A stretch of 64,000 bases of DNA from assembly GCA_963575745.1 (NCBI GenBank), contig CAUYUJ010000070.1:310001-374000 (forward strand), written 5' to 3'. Of the stretch, positions 13,630-27,100 are shown one piece after another; the stretch's first letter is position 1; each line of letters begins with the position of its first letter. This DNA is from Prorocentrum cordatum (lineage: Eukaryota). Under the pieces are notes generated by a model. It ran no database searches, was not told the DNA's origin, and was given only the letters and a program-made list of their open reading frames with translations. The position numbers and the translations under genes were made by a program.

Positions 13630-15090
13630 GGCGGCTTCGTGGCTTTTCCAAAGGATTCCGATTGTGAGGCTTTCGAATTGAATTCGTTTGTGGCGCCTTC
13701 CAAATGACTCATGTTGTGAGGTGTTCCAATAGAATTCCTTTGTGGTGGTTCCCGGAGGATTCCTGCTGTGAGGCTTTCCCATAAAATCCCTTTGTGGCGC
13801 TTTCCAAAGGATTCCTGTTGTGAGGCTTTCCAGTAGAATCCCTTCGTGGTGCTTTCCAGAGGATCCCTGCTGTGAGTCTTTCCTATAGAACCCCTTTGTG
13901 ACAGGATTCCTGCTGTGAGGCTTTCCGATGGAATCCCTTTGTGGCGCTTTCCAAAGGATTCCGATTGTGAGGCTTTCCAGCAGAATCTGTTTGTGGCGCT
14001 TTCCCAGGGATTTCTGTTGTGAGGCTTTCCAATGGAATCCTGATGTGGCGCTTTCCAAGGGATTCCGATTGTGAGGCTTTCCAATTGTGGCGCTGTCCGA
14101 AGGATTCCTGCTATGAGGTTTTCCAATGGGGTCCCTTTGTGGCGCCTTCCAACGCATTCCGATTGTGAGGCTTTCCTTTCGAATCCCTTTGAGGCGCTTT
14201 CCAAGAAATTTCTGTTGTGAGGCTTTCGAATGGAATCCTTTTGTGGCGCTGTCCAAAGGATTCCTGCTGTGAGGCTTTCAATGGGATCCCTTTGTGGCGC
14301 TTTCCAAAGGATTCCGATTGTGAGGTTTTCCAATCGAAGTTCGTTTGTGGCGCTTTCCAAGGGATTTCTGCTGTGAGGCTTTCCAATGAAATCCTTTTGT
14401 GGCGCTTTCCAAAAGATTCCGATTGTGAGGGGTTCCAATAGAATTTGTTGTTGTGCTTTCCAAACGATTCCTGTTGTGAGGCTTTCCCATAGAGTCCCTT
14501 GGTGGTGCTTTCCGGAGGATCCCTGCTGTGAGGTTTTCCAATCGAATCCGTTTCTCGCGCTTTCCAGAAGATTCCGGTCATGACGCTTCACAATCCAATC
14601 CCCTCTTGTGTTTTCCACTGGATTCCTGCTGTGAGGTTTTCCCATCCAATTCCTATGTGGCGTTTTCCAGAAGATTCCCGCTGTGAGGCTTTCCAAGGGA
14701 GTCCTGTTGTCAGGCTTTCCAGCGGAATCCCTATGTGGCGCTGCCCAAAGGATTCCGACTGTGAGGTTTTTCATGGAATCTCTTTGTGGCGCTTTCCAAG
14801 GGATTCCTGTTGTCAGGCTTTCCAGTAGAATCCCTATGTGGCGTTCTCCAAAGGATTCCGATTGTGAGTCTTTCCAATGGAATCCTTTTTTGGTGCTTTC
14901 CGGGGGATTCCTGCCGTGATGCTTCCCACTAGAATCTTGTTGTGGCGCTGTCCAAGGGGTTTCTGTTGTGACGCTTTCCGATGCAATCCGTCTGTGGTGG
15001 TTTCCAAGAGATTCCTGCTGTCAGGCTTTCCAGTTGAATTCCATTGTGGCGCTGTCCAAAGGATTTCTGTTGTGAGGCTTTCCAATCGAT
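13630..15090. repeat. ~50-bp minisatellite
   Basis: tgtggcgctttccaaaggattcctgctgtgaggctttccaatggaatccctt units. Confidence 0.95.
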
Positions 15091-16669
15091 TCCCTCGTTG
15101 TGCTATTCCCTCGTCTGGTCTGTCCTCCTCCCACCTCTCTCCTCAGCCCACCTCCTGCTCCTTTTCCTCCGCCCATCATTCCCCTTCCTTATTACTTATC
15201 CTCCTCTCCCCTCTTTTAGCTCCCTTTGTTTTCCCTCCTCCCTCGCCGTCCCCGCTCTCATCTCCCCACCTGTTTTACCCCTCCCAGTGCTCCTTCCACT
15301 CCCGAGCCCTTTTCCTAGTTGTGCGTCCGCATGTTTTTCATTCGTTTACGATTGCCACATCAAGACGCGCTTGCGCTGAATGGTTTCCATTGACTGTCTG
15401 GCTCCCAGGTCCCAGTTTAGTACCTAGCTGCATGCTGCAAGCCCCGCCACCTTGCTAGCGCAGCATCGTTGACTCTGCCATGCTCTCGCGAACAACCTCG
15501 GAAGAACCGTCTTTGTGCCGTGTAGGAAGTAGCGCCACGCTGCTGCTGCTGCTGCTGCTGCATGGCAGTATGGCCTAGCTGCATCGTTGTATGATTTTTG
15601 CCGTTTCACTTTGGGGCCTTTGGAGGGTCTCGCCGCTCCTGGTGGAGGACCTCTTGGCCGCCCATCGCGGGTAGTGGGGCAGTCTAGGGCGTTATGTGAT
15701 TACTGAGCTCTCCCGAAGATGCCTGGCCCTCTCGGGGCTGCCCTGCTGGGCCACACGAACATGACCTTGAGGTCAAGGTTTCCCTTTTTGTCGCTACTCG
15801 AGTGGCCGTGGGCTCATCGGGTACTCATTGTGTCAGCTTCGAGGCGATCGGGCTTACCGGGGATGGTGGCGTCGCATCCAAGGGCATTGCTAAGCTTACA
15901 CATTGTTCATTCCTAAGTATCCGAATGTTCTTTGATTTTCTCTGGGGGCCAAGATCCTCTCATTTCTAATTGTGCTATCCTGGGCCTCTTCCTGGCCACT
16001 AGGGGGCCAGGAACAATTCGAAACGAGCACCATTAGAATTGAGCACGATTAGAACTAAACGACGTGTATGCTGAATGGTCCGTCACCGATGCTCTTCAGT
16101 CTGGGGAGCGTTGAGGATCTCTCTGGCCTTCGCTGTCAACGTCCCAAGGACCGCGACCTCTCGGGAACACCTCGTAATCTCTTGGAGGGCTTCTGTGCCC
16201 GATCCGGGGCACGTTCTGGAGTGCCACGGATGGGTGAGGACAAGTCGTTTGCGCCGATAGCACAGAAATATCCAACAATAGCACAGAAATAGTCTGGGGA
16301 CGATGTGTTTGTCTTTTTTGTTGTTGACCAGTTGGGAGTATCTTTCTGATCAATTTTTATTTCCCGTTCAAAATCCGACTGTAGGGGGACATGTCCGACG
16401 TAAAGTTACTCCCTGGACCATTTGGGGTGCGCGGGGAGTTCGAGGCGGATCGAGCCCCCACAGGGGAAGCGTTTCGCTATGTCGTGCTGCTCCATCTTCG
16501 TGGAGGATCGGTGGCACGAGCTGTTTCTTCTTCTTCTTCTTCTTCCTCTTTTTCTTCTGCTTCTTCTTCTTCTTCTCCTCCTTCTCCTTCTTGTTCCTCG
16601 TGGAGGAAATCGGTGCCATGAGCTGCAGAGGCGAGGGGAGTCCGGAGGGCGCGGAGGCGCACGGAGGTC

Positions 16670-19145
16670 AAGTATGGGAGGCCGCCTCGCGCCCAGGCTC
16701 GTTCCGCGAGGATCCGCTCGGCGTCCCTCGTGGGCCTTACGACCCCGGCGACCTCCTGTGCCGCCGCGGCGAGCAGAAGGAGGGCTGGTGCGTGCAGTGG
16801 CTCCCGCCGGGGAGCGGAGGGATAGTTAGCCCCTTGGAGTTGGTTCCGATGTGAGGACGGTGATGCTGGCGACAATGGGGTTGGTGGTGAGGATGTGGGA
16901 AGGGGTGATGACGAGGGTCGTGATATTTTTCAGTGAAGATCATGGGAAGGAGTGTCATGATGATGACGATGATGATGGTGGTGGTGGTAATGATGATGAG
17001 GAGGAGGAGGAGGAAGAGGAGGAGGGGAAGAGAGGAGGATGAAGAGGAGGAGGTGGAAGGGGCTCCGTGCTCTTGCGGTCGGAAGGCCCTGCTCTGTCGG
17101 TCTGGGATTAGCATGGTCGTTCGAGGTCAGGGCGGTCGACTGGGCACTCGGTACAATTGACTCGTTGGACCGCGGGCCTTTTTGGGTGTGGATGGGGCTC
17201 GTGTTTCTTCAAATCCATCCTAATCTAGGTTCTCTCAGGTTCCTCGATCATCTAGGCGTAAGACCAGACGAGGGCCGAGGGCCTCGCCCATCATCTAGTG
17301 GCTTTTGTGGCAAGCGGATTGCCAGCGTGAACCCCAATCAGAAGGCATTCCCGAGTTAGAGACCTTGTAGTGCAGCATGCGCGCACGCGCGTGTGTGTGT
17401 GTGTGTACTGGATCACGCCATAGTCCCCCACTAGATGGCGCCAGGGGCCGAGCCATACATCCCAACACATTGGTCCATTATAGGGCATCATACCCAGCCA
17501 CCCCCTCCATTGGCCACCAGCGCGAGTTCAGCGCCACAACGGCAGGCTGAGATTGCGCGCCCGTGGTGCCGTACGGACACAGGTGCCGCGACGCACTCCT
17601 CCTTCCCCATCTCCACCCCCCTCCCTCCCCCCTCCTCCCTCCTGTTCCCTCCTCCCCGCTCATCTTCTGTCCTCCCCCTCCCCCTCACTCGCCTCTCACT
17701 TCCCCTCCCTGTCTCCTTGACAGGCTCAGCTGCATCAAGCAGAAGGCGGCCCCGCAGGGGGACCCGGCGTCGGTGATGACGGCGTGGGGGCCCGCCGACT
17801 GCCGGGAGTACTGCGGCACGTGGCCGGTCACGAGCGGCATGTGATGAGCGCGCGCCTCCTCCTCCTCCTCCTCCTCCTCCCCCTTCGCCCCATCCAACTT
17901 ATGGTGGTGGTGGTGGAAAACGCGCTCATCAGGCATGGAGGGCAACTCTAGCAGAGGCGCGGGCAACGCCAGCAGAGCCGCATCTTTCTTGTCGCTCCGT
18001 GCCAGCAGCAGGGACGACTGCCTGGAGTCGTGCGACAATTTCCAGCACAGCCTCTCTTCTTGCGTGGCGACCGTCCTCTTCGAGCCCGGCAAGGTCGTCG
18101 CCATGGGCATGCCCGACGGGGCGGCGGCGAAGAAGAGCGCGTCGCAGATCTGCACCAGCAGGAACACGTCCTGCATGCCGGACCTCCCGTTCGAGCACCA
18201 GAAGTGCATCTCGGCCAGGGCCGGCAGGGTGCTTGGTAAGACCATGTCCAAGGATCTCAGTGGGCCCTGGAAACGACAGGGCCGTTTTTGTTACCGGTTC
18301 CGTTTTGCCGTTTTTCTGCCGGTTCCGACGCCGTTTTTTCACCGGTTCCGTCGCCGTTGTTTGACCGGTTCCGGCTCGGGTTCCAATCCTGGACCCATTT
18401 TTTGGCCATTTCCGGTCGCCGTTTTGTTGCCGTTTCTTTTTTCGAGGGACATTTTTGTCGGGTGAGCGTAAGACCCGGGTTTGCCAGGACTCGGGTTCGC
18501 CATCGTTTTTTGACGACCGCGCCTCGGATTTTGACGAGGAGGAGTTTCGTGGGATGTCTGCAGCGGGAGGCCTCGTCAAAATGCAGGCTCGGCCTCGTCA
18601 TTTTTTTGACGACCTCGTCGGGGATTTCCGAGTCCCCTGTACCCAGGTCTTACGTCCCCCTGATTTTGCTGGAAACGGTGAAATTATGGGCCCTGCCGTT
18701 TCCCGGGCCCACAAAGCCAAGGATATTTTCAAGAGGGGCAGAAGTGTATAAGCATGCGCGGTCGGAGCTCTGGGCGGGCCTCGGGGAGCTTATGCTTGCG
18801 CAGCTCCTTGTTGTAAGGTCAAGTCGGGCATGTTCCTCTGCAGGAGGAATGTGCACAAATGGTACAACCATAGTTTTTGGGACGATTCTTCGATTATTTG
18901 TTTGACAGCTTCTGAGTATGTCTTGACTCTTTTTCATGTGTCGCCCAAAATCCGCCTGTCGGGGGACATGCCCGACCTAACTGTGAGGAGACCGAGATGG
19001 CATGCGAGCGGGTCAAGATGGACATGGAGGACTGCAAGGACTGCCCGCAGCTCTCGCCCGAGTACACCAGCCACTACCATTCGTTCGTGGGTGGATGCAT
19101 GGACCAGCTGAACGCATACTGGGCCGCCACTCACCCGAACGTGGG
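16670..19145 (+). CDS. Exons of a spliced host gene, Cys-rich unknown protein (approx. exons 16670-16810, 17724-17837, 18012-18219, 18997-19145)
   Basis: Short GC3-rich protein-like islands between repeats: ...YDPGDLLCRRGEQKEGWCVQWLPP; LSCIKQKAAPQGDPASVMTAWGPADCREYCGTWP; DDCLESCDNFQHSLSSCVATVLFEPGKVVAMG; MACERVKMDMEDCKDCPQLSPEYTSHYHSFVGGCMDQLNAYW. Pyrimidine tract plus AG precedes 17724. Boundaries are approximate. Confidence 0.55.
18256..18716. mobile_element. MITE with ~28-bp TIRs and 8-bp TSD
   Basis: ctcagtgggccctggaaacgacagggcc ... ggccctgccgtttcccgggcccacaaag. ccaaggat at 18248-18255 and 18717-18724. The internal ~200 bp recurs at ~23593-23795. Confidence 0.85.
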
Positions 19146-19204
19146 TGGGGCCCGAACAATCAGGACTAACACTAGTTGGCTCGAAGGAGGTGGAGGGGGA
19201 GAAG

Positions 19205-19535
19205 GATGACGATGCTGATGATAAGTGAGAATTCATGGATGATGGATGATGCTGGTGATGATGACGATTGTGATGCCGATGGCGATGACGATGAGAAAGA
19301 TGATGGTGGTGAGAATGGTGCTGATGATGCGGACGACCATGATGATACTTATGCTGATGATGATGCTGATGATGCTGATGATGAGGTTGTTGTTGTTGTT
19401 GATGATGATGATGATGGTGATGCTGGTGCTGCTGGTGATGATGATGATGATGATGATGATGATTCAGGTGATGATGGTGGTGATGGTGATGGTGATGGTG
19501 ATGATGATGGTGGTCATGGCGATGATGATGATGAG
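19205..19535. repeat. Degenerate (GAT)n tract
   Basis: Directly visible. Confidence 0.9.
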
Positions 19536-20110
19536 GAGGAGGCGTCTGGCGAGTTTGGTAGGACTAGCGCGAAAAGCTATGATCACAACGTGTACTGGTG
19601 AGTCAAGCGGGAAGTTGGAACCGTTTTCCCCATCCTGAAGCAATGCACGAAGTTCAAACTTTTGTCTACTGCATCCGAAGAACTAAAGCGTAGAGCCTCA
19701 GTTTGAACATAGATCGCCCTCCATCTGTGCATCTGTTACATATTGACCTTGTGGTCGTTGATTTCGGGGAAGCGCGAATGCGACAATCACATATTTACAA
19801 GGAGTCGCCATCCATCATCGTCGCTGTTGCAAGCAATCAAGACGTGTTCGCGGCGCGGATGCAATAACCCCCCATGCTGAGAAGCAGCCGCCCTTGACCC
19901 TTGGAACGGCTACACGTTTATGAGACGAAATGTTTGCGACACGTCCTTCCCCTCATCATCATCGCCATCACCATCGGGGGTCATCACCCCCCGATCATCA
20001 ACGTTGGCCGCCGCGGGGGCAGAATCATTGTTTCCATATTGGTGGGGGTCCCATTCCGATAGTAAGCCCGCGACTTACATGTCCCCATTATCGGCGGGTT
20101 GTTGTGGAAA

Positions 20111-20714
20111 GTGCCTTACGGGTTACCTTGTGGGGCTGTTTGTGCGCAGCCCGAGGCCCAACCCGAATGACACAATGAAGACGAAACCTTCTGAGGTCAG
20201 CGTCCTTGCATCTGGGGTAATCATTCGCGCGGTTTTGCTCGATACTTCTGCAGAACACACACACACGCACCTTATCCTTCATGTCTTGCGCCTCTCCACT
20301 TAGGTCCGCTCCCAAAAGGTCTGTGGTTCTTTCATTCCCCAATCAGTGCTTGCACTGAAGGGTTCCTAGCGGAAATTGAAAGATTTGGCCAAAGTGTCCC
20401 GCCGACTTTGGTGCCTTACGGGTTACCTTGTGGGGCTGTTTGTGCGCAGCCCGAGGCCCAACCCGAATGACACAATGAAGACGAAACCTTCTGAGGTCAG
20501 CGTCCTTGCATCTGGGGTAATCATTCGCGCGGTTTTGCTCGATACTTCTGCAGAACACACACACACACACCCCTTATCCTTCATGTCTTGCGCCTCTCCA
20601 CTTAGGTCCGCTCCCAAAAGGTCTGTGGTTCTTTCATTCCCCAATCAGTGCTTGCTCTGAAGGGTTCCTAGCGGAAATTGAAAGATTTGGCCAAAGTGTC
20701 CCGCCGACTTTGGT
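20111..20714. repeat. Near-identical tandem duplication of a ~300-bp unit
   Basis: gtgccttacgggttacc... begins at 20111 and at 20411. Confidence 0.95.
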
Positions 20715-21929
20715 GGCCGGCTGGGTTGTTCCCGGTTCTGGGTGCCGCAGTTCTTGGCTCCGGGCTGACTTCGATAGATTCCGGGTTCCGGGGTTCCCGG
20801 TCGATCTCCTTATCGATCAAACCACCCATTGATGGGGCTTGTTTTCTCTGGTGTAAACTGCCAGCCAAGGAGGATGTGCGCAGCCCGAGGCCTTGCCACT
20901 TGGGCCCCGCTCGCCCGCTCGCCCCCCCTGCTCCGCCGCAGGCGGGCCCGCACGCGGCGATCCCGGGCGCCAGCGGCTGCACCGTCCACGCGTGACGCGG
21001 CACGGGCCCGCCTCTCGTGGACTGTGTGCCTCGGGGGGCCCGAGAGGGACTGTGCCGCCTCCTCCTCGAGTGCCCAGTCGACCGCCCGGACCTCGAAAAC
21101 GACCATGCTAGTCCCAGGCAGCAGTGCAGGGCCTTCCGACCGACAGAGTACGGCGCTCATTCCACCACCTCCTCCTCCTCCTCCTCCTCATCCTCCTCCG
21201 CCTCCCCCTCCTCCCCCTCCCTCTCCTCCTCCTCCTCCTCCTCCCCCTCCTCCTCCTCGTCCTCCTCGTCCTCCCCGTCCTCCCCCTCCTCTCCCTCCTC
21301 CTCAGCGGGGCCTCCCAGCAACGCGGCGGCCGCCCCTCCCTCTCCTCCCCGTCCTCCCCCTCCCTCTCCTCCTCCTCCCCCTCCGTCCTCCTGCTCCTCC
21401 TCCTCCTCCTCCTCCTCCTCCTCCTCCTCCTCCTCCTCCTCCTCCTCAGCGGGGCCTCCCAGGAACGCGGCGGCCGCCCCAGGCGCAGGCTGCGCCCCGG
21501 GCGCGCCGCGCGCACCTCTCGGCTGGGGAGGCGCTTCGACCCCGAGGGGTCGCCTGGAGGATCACACAGTGGGTGCCCATGCCAAGAAACACCGGCCGCA
21601 GACACCGCGGGAGGAGGCACGCCCACAGGGGAACGAAGATTGACATACCTATACGACCGCCCTGCGGGGGGGGGGGGCATTGAGATCAAATGCCCACCCT
21701 GACTGACCTCCAGCCTGTCACCTTGCTCTCATCTCTCTCTCTCTCTCTGTCTCTCTCTCTCTCTCTCTGTCGTTCTCTCTCTCTCTCTCGCCCTCTCTCT
21801 CTCTCTCTCCCTCTCTATCAGAGTCTCCCTCCACCACAAGGATGATCGCGATGGCGATGAGATCCCACGATCTACCTATCGCAGATTGCCGCGATCGCTC
21901 GAGCCTCGCAGTCTGCCGCGATCGCGCCC

Positions 21930-22550
21930 AGGCGCCGGCAAAAATGAATTGATGGATTGGAATGGGCGGATTGGATTGGATGGGATAAGATGGATTGGAT
22001 AAGATAAAATGGGTTGGATTGGAAGAGTGGCTTGGGTAAGGTAAGGTGGATTCGATTGGGCCGCCGCAGGCGCAGCAACAAATGGATTTATGTATTGGGT
22101 TGGATGGATTGGATTGGGTGGGATAGGATAAGACGGGGCAATATACGTTGGATAATATAAGATGATTGGATTGGACAAGATGGATTGGACAAGATAAGTT
22201 GTATTGGGTACGAAAGCCCGCCGCAGGCGCCGACAAAAATGAACTGATGGATTGGGTTGGGTGGATTCAATTGGATGGGATAAGATGGAGTGGATAAGAT
22301 GATATGAGTTAGATGTTGAAGACATAAATTAAAGAAGATAATATGTATTCGATTGGCCCGCCGCAGGCGCAGAAACAAATGAATTGATGGATTGGGTTAG
22401 GTGGATCGCATTGGGTGGGATAAGATAATATGGGACAAGATGGGTTGGATAAGATAATATGGATTTGATAGGACAAGATGGATTGGATAAGATAGTTAAG
22501 CTGGGTTTGATAAGAATGCCCGCCGCAGGCGCCGAAAAACATGAACTATG
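21930..22550. repeat. GGATT/GATAA-rich degenerate satellite punctuated by ccgccgcaggcgc
   Basis: Directly visible. Confidence 0.85.
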
Positions 22551-25069
22551 AATTTAACGACATGCCTTAGCGCCGGGACGCCTGGGACACCCGGGACACC
22601 CAGGACACCCCTCCCGGCCACCGGTGGACGGGAAACGGACTTTCGCTCCTATTGACACCGGGGACACCCGCGACACCGCCCGGCCCAACTGGGACACTTC
22701 CCAGCCACCGGCGGACGGGAACGGACTTTCGCTCCTACTTCGGCCTAGCTACAGGAGGATCACGCGCAGCTTCGCCTCGCCCGCACGCACGACACGAACA
22801 CGAAACCGAAACCGATTTCCCAGTGGGGGGTCTCCGTTTCCTCGCGATCTCCCTTCCAACCTCCGACACATAAAAGCTCGGAGGTCCGCGCGGCTTTCTC
22901 GGGTCGGCGTTGGACCCCCCTTGGCGTCGCCTCTGGCGCCGCCCCTGGCGCGCTCCGCGCGCCAGGCAGGGGGTCCAGCGCGGATCCGGGAAATCCGCGC
23001 GGACCTCAGAGTTTTTATGTTTATGTCATTCTTCGTTCCTTCAGCCCAGAGATCCGATGTCTCCCACTGGGGGCCCATGCCAAGAAACACCCTGCTTGCC
23101 CCCAGGGTGCCCTGGGCTTCTTGGGCTTCGATGGTTTTGCGATGGGAAGCGTGGCGTACCCGCGCTAAAAATCAATGGACGTCCTGGGGTCTCAGGGTAC
23201 TTGTGGAAGGTTTCTTGTGGCTTGGCCTCCACGTAGGAGAAGGTGGATCTCATGGTCGGGACCGCGGTAGCTTCTCAGTTCCCATGGTCCGTCAAAGCCA
23301 TGTTCGCGCAAGGGCCTCGGCCCATGATTTGCGAACCCCCTTTTGGACGCCCCCCTCTTGGACGCCCCCGATCTGTGGATTGTGCTGGCGGATCGTTCGC
23401 AAGACGGTGCTCGCTGCTGGAGCCGGCTGGGGGTCTGAGGGGGCCCAGCACTGGTTCTGACCATCAGGAATGAGGGGGAGAGGTTCGAGGCTGTCGGTAC
23501 GGAAAAGTTCCTTCCCGGAAAGGACGTCAGCCTTGGGCGGTACGCTGTCTCTGCTGCCTTGATTGAGGTGGGCTGGCGGATTCTTCTTTCGGGGGAGCGT
23601 AAGACCCGGGTTTGCCAGGACTCGGGTTCGCCATCGTTTTTTGACGACCGCGCCTCGGATTTTGACGAGGAGGAGTTTCGTGGGATGTCTGCAGCGGGAG
23701 GCCTCGTCAAAGTGCAGGCTCGGCCTCGTCATTTTTTTGACGACCTCGTCGGGGATTTCCGAGTCCCCTGTACCCAGGTCTTACGTCCCCCTGATTCTTT
23801 CGATGAATCACATGGTCGAGGTGGGCCAGCGGACGTGTTCTTGAGGATGTCTCAAGAGAAACGTTTGCTGTGCAAAGTATGTTGAGGATGTCACGAGCAA
23901 ACTGCTCTGTTTCGTTTGTTGAGGAGGTCCCGAGCGAAACGCTTGTTATCCAGAATATGTCGAGGAAGTCTTGAGCAAAACACTTGTCTTCTCGTGCCTA
24001 GGCCGCCCAGGGGGATATCTAATATGACGTCGTCGGCGTCTGCGCACGTAGAAGTACGTGCCTTGAGGGGATGTCCGACATGCGTTTGGCGCCCGTGCCC
24101 TTGGCGCGTGCTTTCACGTCTCTAGGCCACCCAAAGGAGATGTCTAGCATGTGATCGCCGGCGCACGCAAAACATGCTCGCGCGGAGGGGTTATCTAGCA
24201 TGCGTCTGGCGTATGTGCTCTTGGCACGTGTTTCCATGTGTGCAGGCCACCCTGATCGGATATGTAACGTGAGGTCGTCGGATTCTTCGCCCGCGAGCCC
24301 AAACCATGCATTTGTACAGTTTCTCCTTTCGGGTGTGAGCTCAAGCCGCCTGTTTGTTACATTGGCTTCTTTCGACCGATAGCCAAAACCATGTGATTCC
24401 ACATGGATTGCTTTCGCCAGTGAACAAATGTTTGAGATTATTTTCGTCCGTGAGCACATGTTTGAGGATGTCTCGAGCGGGGGCTTCATTTGTGAGTGGA
24501 TTGAGGTGGGGTCTCGAGCGGGGGCTCCGCCCTGTGGAGCTCCAGCCGGAGAAAGGGGATGATGATGAGAAGGAGGAGGAGGAGGATCTAAAACCAAGTG
24601 TTTTTGCATGGGCTCGTTTCGCCTGCGAGCTCAAACCGTACGCATTTACGCACGACCGACCCCTTCGCCCGTCAACCAAGACCACGTGTTTTGTTATGGG
24701 CCAGTTTCGCTTGTGACACAAAATCCACTTGTTTTTGCAGGGGTTCTTTCGCCCGTGAGTACCAAGCTGGGGATGTCTCGAGCGAGGGTTTTCATTCGTG
24801 AGGAAGTTGCGGTGAGTCTCGAGCGGGGGCTCCGCCCTGTGGAGCTCAAGTAGGAGGAGGAGAGGGAGGGGGGGAGGAGGAGGAGTAGGGGGGAGGAGGA
24901 GGAGGAGGAGGAGGAGGACGAGGAGAGGGGGGAGGGAGAAGGAGGAGCTGAACCCATGCGTTTTCCCAACCATCCTGTGGTGCTGTGTCTTCGTTTTGAA
25001 GAGACAGCGTTCCGCGTTCCTTCCGCCTCCTCCCCTCTTCCTTCCCCTCGCTCCTCCCATCACCCCCTC

Positions 25070-26430
25070 ACTCTGGCACGCCCCTCACACGCTTCGTGGC
25101 CCCAAAGGGAGCTCCACCGAGGCCCTCTGTAGCGGTGCCCACATGCGTACCCGCCACCCATGTCGGCACACCCCGCACACGTAGGTCCCAGTGGCGCAGG
25201 CCGCGTGTGTCCCCGCCACCCTTTTCGACACATCCCTCACTCATTCCGTGGCCCCATAGGAGCTCCACCGAAGGTCCCAGTGGCGCAGCCCGCGTGCACC
25301 CCCGCCACCCATGCCTGCACACCCCTCACGCGCTTCGTGGCCCCATAGGAGCTGCACCGAAGGCCCCAGTGCCGCAGCCCGCGTGCGTCACCGCCACCCA
25401 TTCCAGCAAACCCCTCACACGCTTCGTGGCCCCAGAGGAGCTCCGCCGAAGGTCCCAGTTGCGCAGCCCGCGTGCACCCCCGCCACCCATTCCAGCACAC
25501 CTCTCACAAGCTTCGTGGCCCCATGGGAGCTCTAAGGAATACCCCAGTGGGGCCGCCCGCATGCGTCCGCGCCACCCGTTTCGGCACACTCCTCACTCGC
25601 TCCGTGCCCCATCGAGAGCCCCACCGAAGGTCCCAGTGGCCCAGCCTGATGCGCCCCCTCCACCCATGTCAGCTAACCCCTCACGTGTCGTGGCCCCATA
25701 GGAACTCCACCGAAGGCCACAGTGCCGCAGCCCGCATGGCCGCCACCCATTCCAGCACACCCCTCACACGCTTCGTGGCCCCAGGGGAGCTTCGCCGAAG
25801 GTCAGCCCGCATATGCCCCCGCCACCCATATCGGCATACCCCTCACACGTTTTGTGGCCCCAGAGGAGCCCCGCCGAAGGTCGCAGTTGCGCAGCCCGCG
25901 TGCGCCCCCGCCACCAAGTTTGACAAAGCCTTCAAACGCTTCGTGGCCCCATAGGAGCTTCACCGAAGGTCCCAGTCGCGCAGCCCGCATGCGTCACCCC
26001 CACCAAATCCAGCACACCTCTCGCAAGTTTCGTGCCCCCATGGGAGCTCTACCGAGTACCCCAGTGGTGCAGCCCGCATGCGTCCGCGCCACCAATGTCG
26101 GCACACTCCTCACTCGTTCCGTGGCCCCATAGGGAGCCCCACCGAAGGTCCCAGCGGCGCAGCCTGATGTGCCCCCGCCACCGATGTCGGCACACCGCTC
26201 GCACACTTCGTGGCCCCGATAGGAGTTCCACCGAAGGCCACAGTGCCGCAGCCCGCGTGGGTCACCGCCACCCATTCCAGCAAACCCCTCACACGTTTCG
26301 TGGCCACAGAGGACCTCCGCCGAAGGTCCCAGCTGCGCAGCCCGCATGTGTCCCCGCCACCCGTTCTGACACACATGTTCCGTGGCCCCGTCAGGAGCTT
26401 TGCCGAAGGTCCCAGTTGCGCAGCCTTCGT
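25070..26430. repeat. ~90-bp minisatellite
   Basis: cccctcacacgcttcgtggccccataggagctccaccgaaggtcccagtggcgcagcccgc units. Confidence 0.9.
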
Positions 26431-26449
26431 CCGTCCACGCTACCCATGT

Positions 26450-27100
26450 TGGGGTCAGTCCGGGGTCAGTCTGGGGTCAGTCCGGGGTCGGTCCGGGGTC
26501 AGTCCGGGGTCAGTCCCAGGGTCGGTCGGGGGTCGGTCCTGGGTCGGTCCGGGGTCAGTCAGCGGTCAGTCTGGGGTCAGTCCGGGCCGGTCCGGGGCCG
26601 GGGTCAGTCCGGGGTCAGTGCGGGGTCAGTCCGGGGTTCGTCCAGGGTCAGTCCGGGGTCAATCCAGGGTCAGTCTGGGGTCAGTCCGGGGTCAGTCAGG
26701 GGTCAGTCTGGGGTCAGTCCGGGGTCAGTCTGGGGTTCAGTCCGGGGTCGGTCCGGGGTCGGTCCGAGGTCAGTCTGGGGTCAGTCCCCCGGGGAGTCCG
26801 GGGACAGTCCGGGGTCAGTCTAGGACCATGACCAAGTCCGGGTCAGAGCCCGGGTCAGTTCAGGCGGGGGTCAGTCCGCGGCGAGGTCAGTCCGGGGTCA
26901 GTCCGGGCCGGGTCAGTCGGGGGTCAGTCCGGGGTTCAGTCCGGGGTCAGTCCGGGGTCAGTCGAGTCCGGGGTCAGTCCGAGGTCAGACAGTCCGGGGT
27001 CAATCCGGGGTCAGTTCGTGGTCAGTCGGGGGTCCGTCCGGGGTCAGTCCGGGGTCAGTCCGTCCGGGGTGAGTCCGGGGAACGCCCAGGGAACGTCCAG
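26450..27100. repeat. CGGGGTCAGTC 11-mer satellite (resumes at ~39897-39975)
   Basis: Directly visible. Confidence 0.95.

Noticed and set aside
13531..14774. Long minus-strand ORFs (241-386 aa)
   Set aside because: They derive entirely from the ~50-bp minisatellite.
2270..15090. Regularly spaced repeats resembling CRISPR arrays
   Set aside because: Whole units repeat with no unique spacers, there are no cas genes, and the context is eukaryotic.
20165..20205. Hammerhead-like string aTGAAGAcGAAAccttctgaggTC in the 300-bp duplication (also CTGAAGG...GAAA at ~20355)
   Set aside because: The core C3 or A9 is missing, stem II is absent or mismatched, and stem I pairs poorly.
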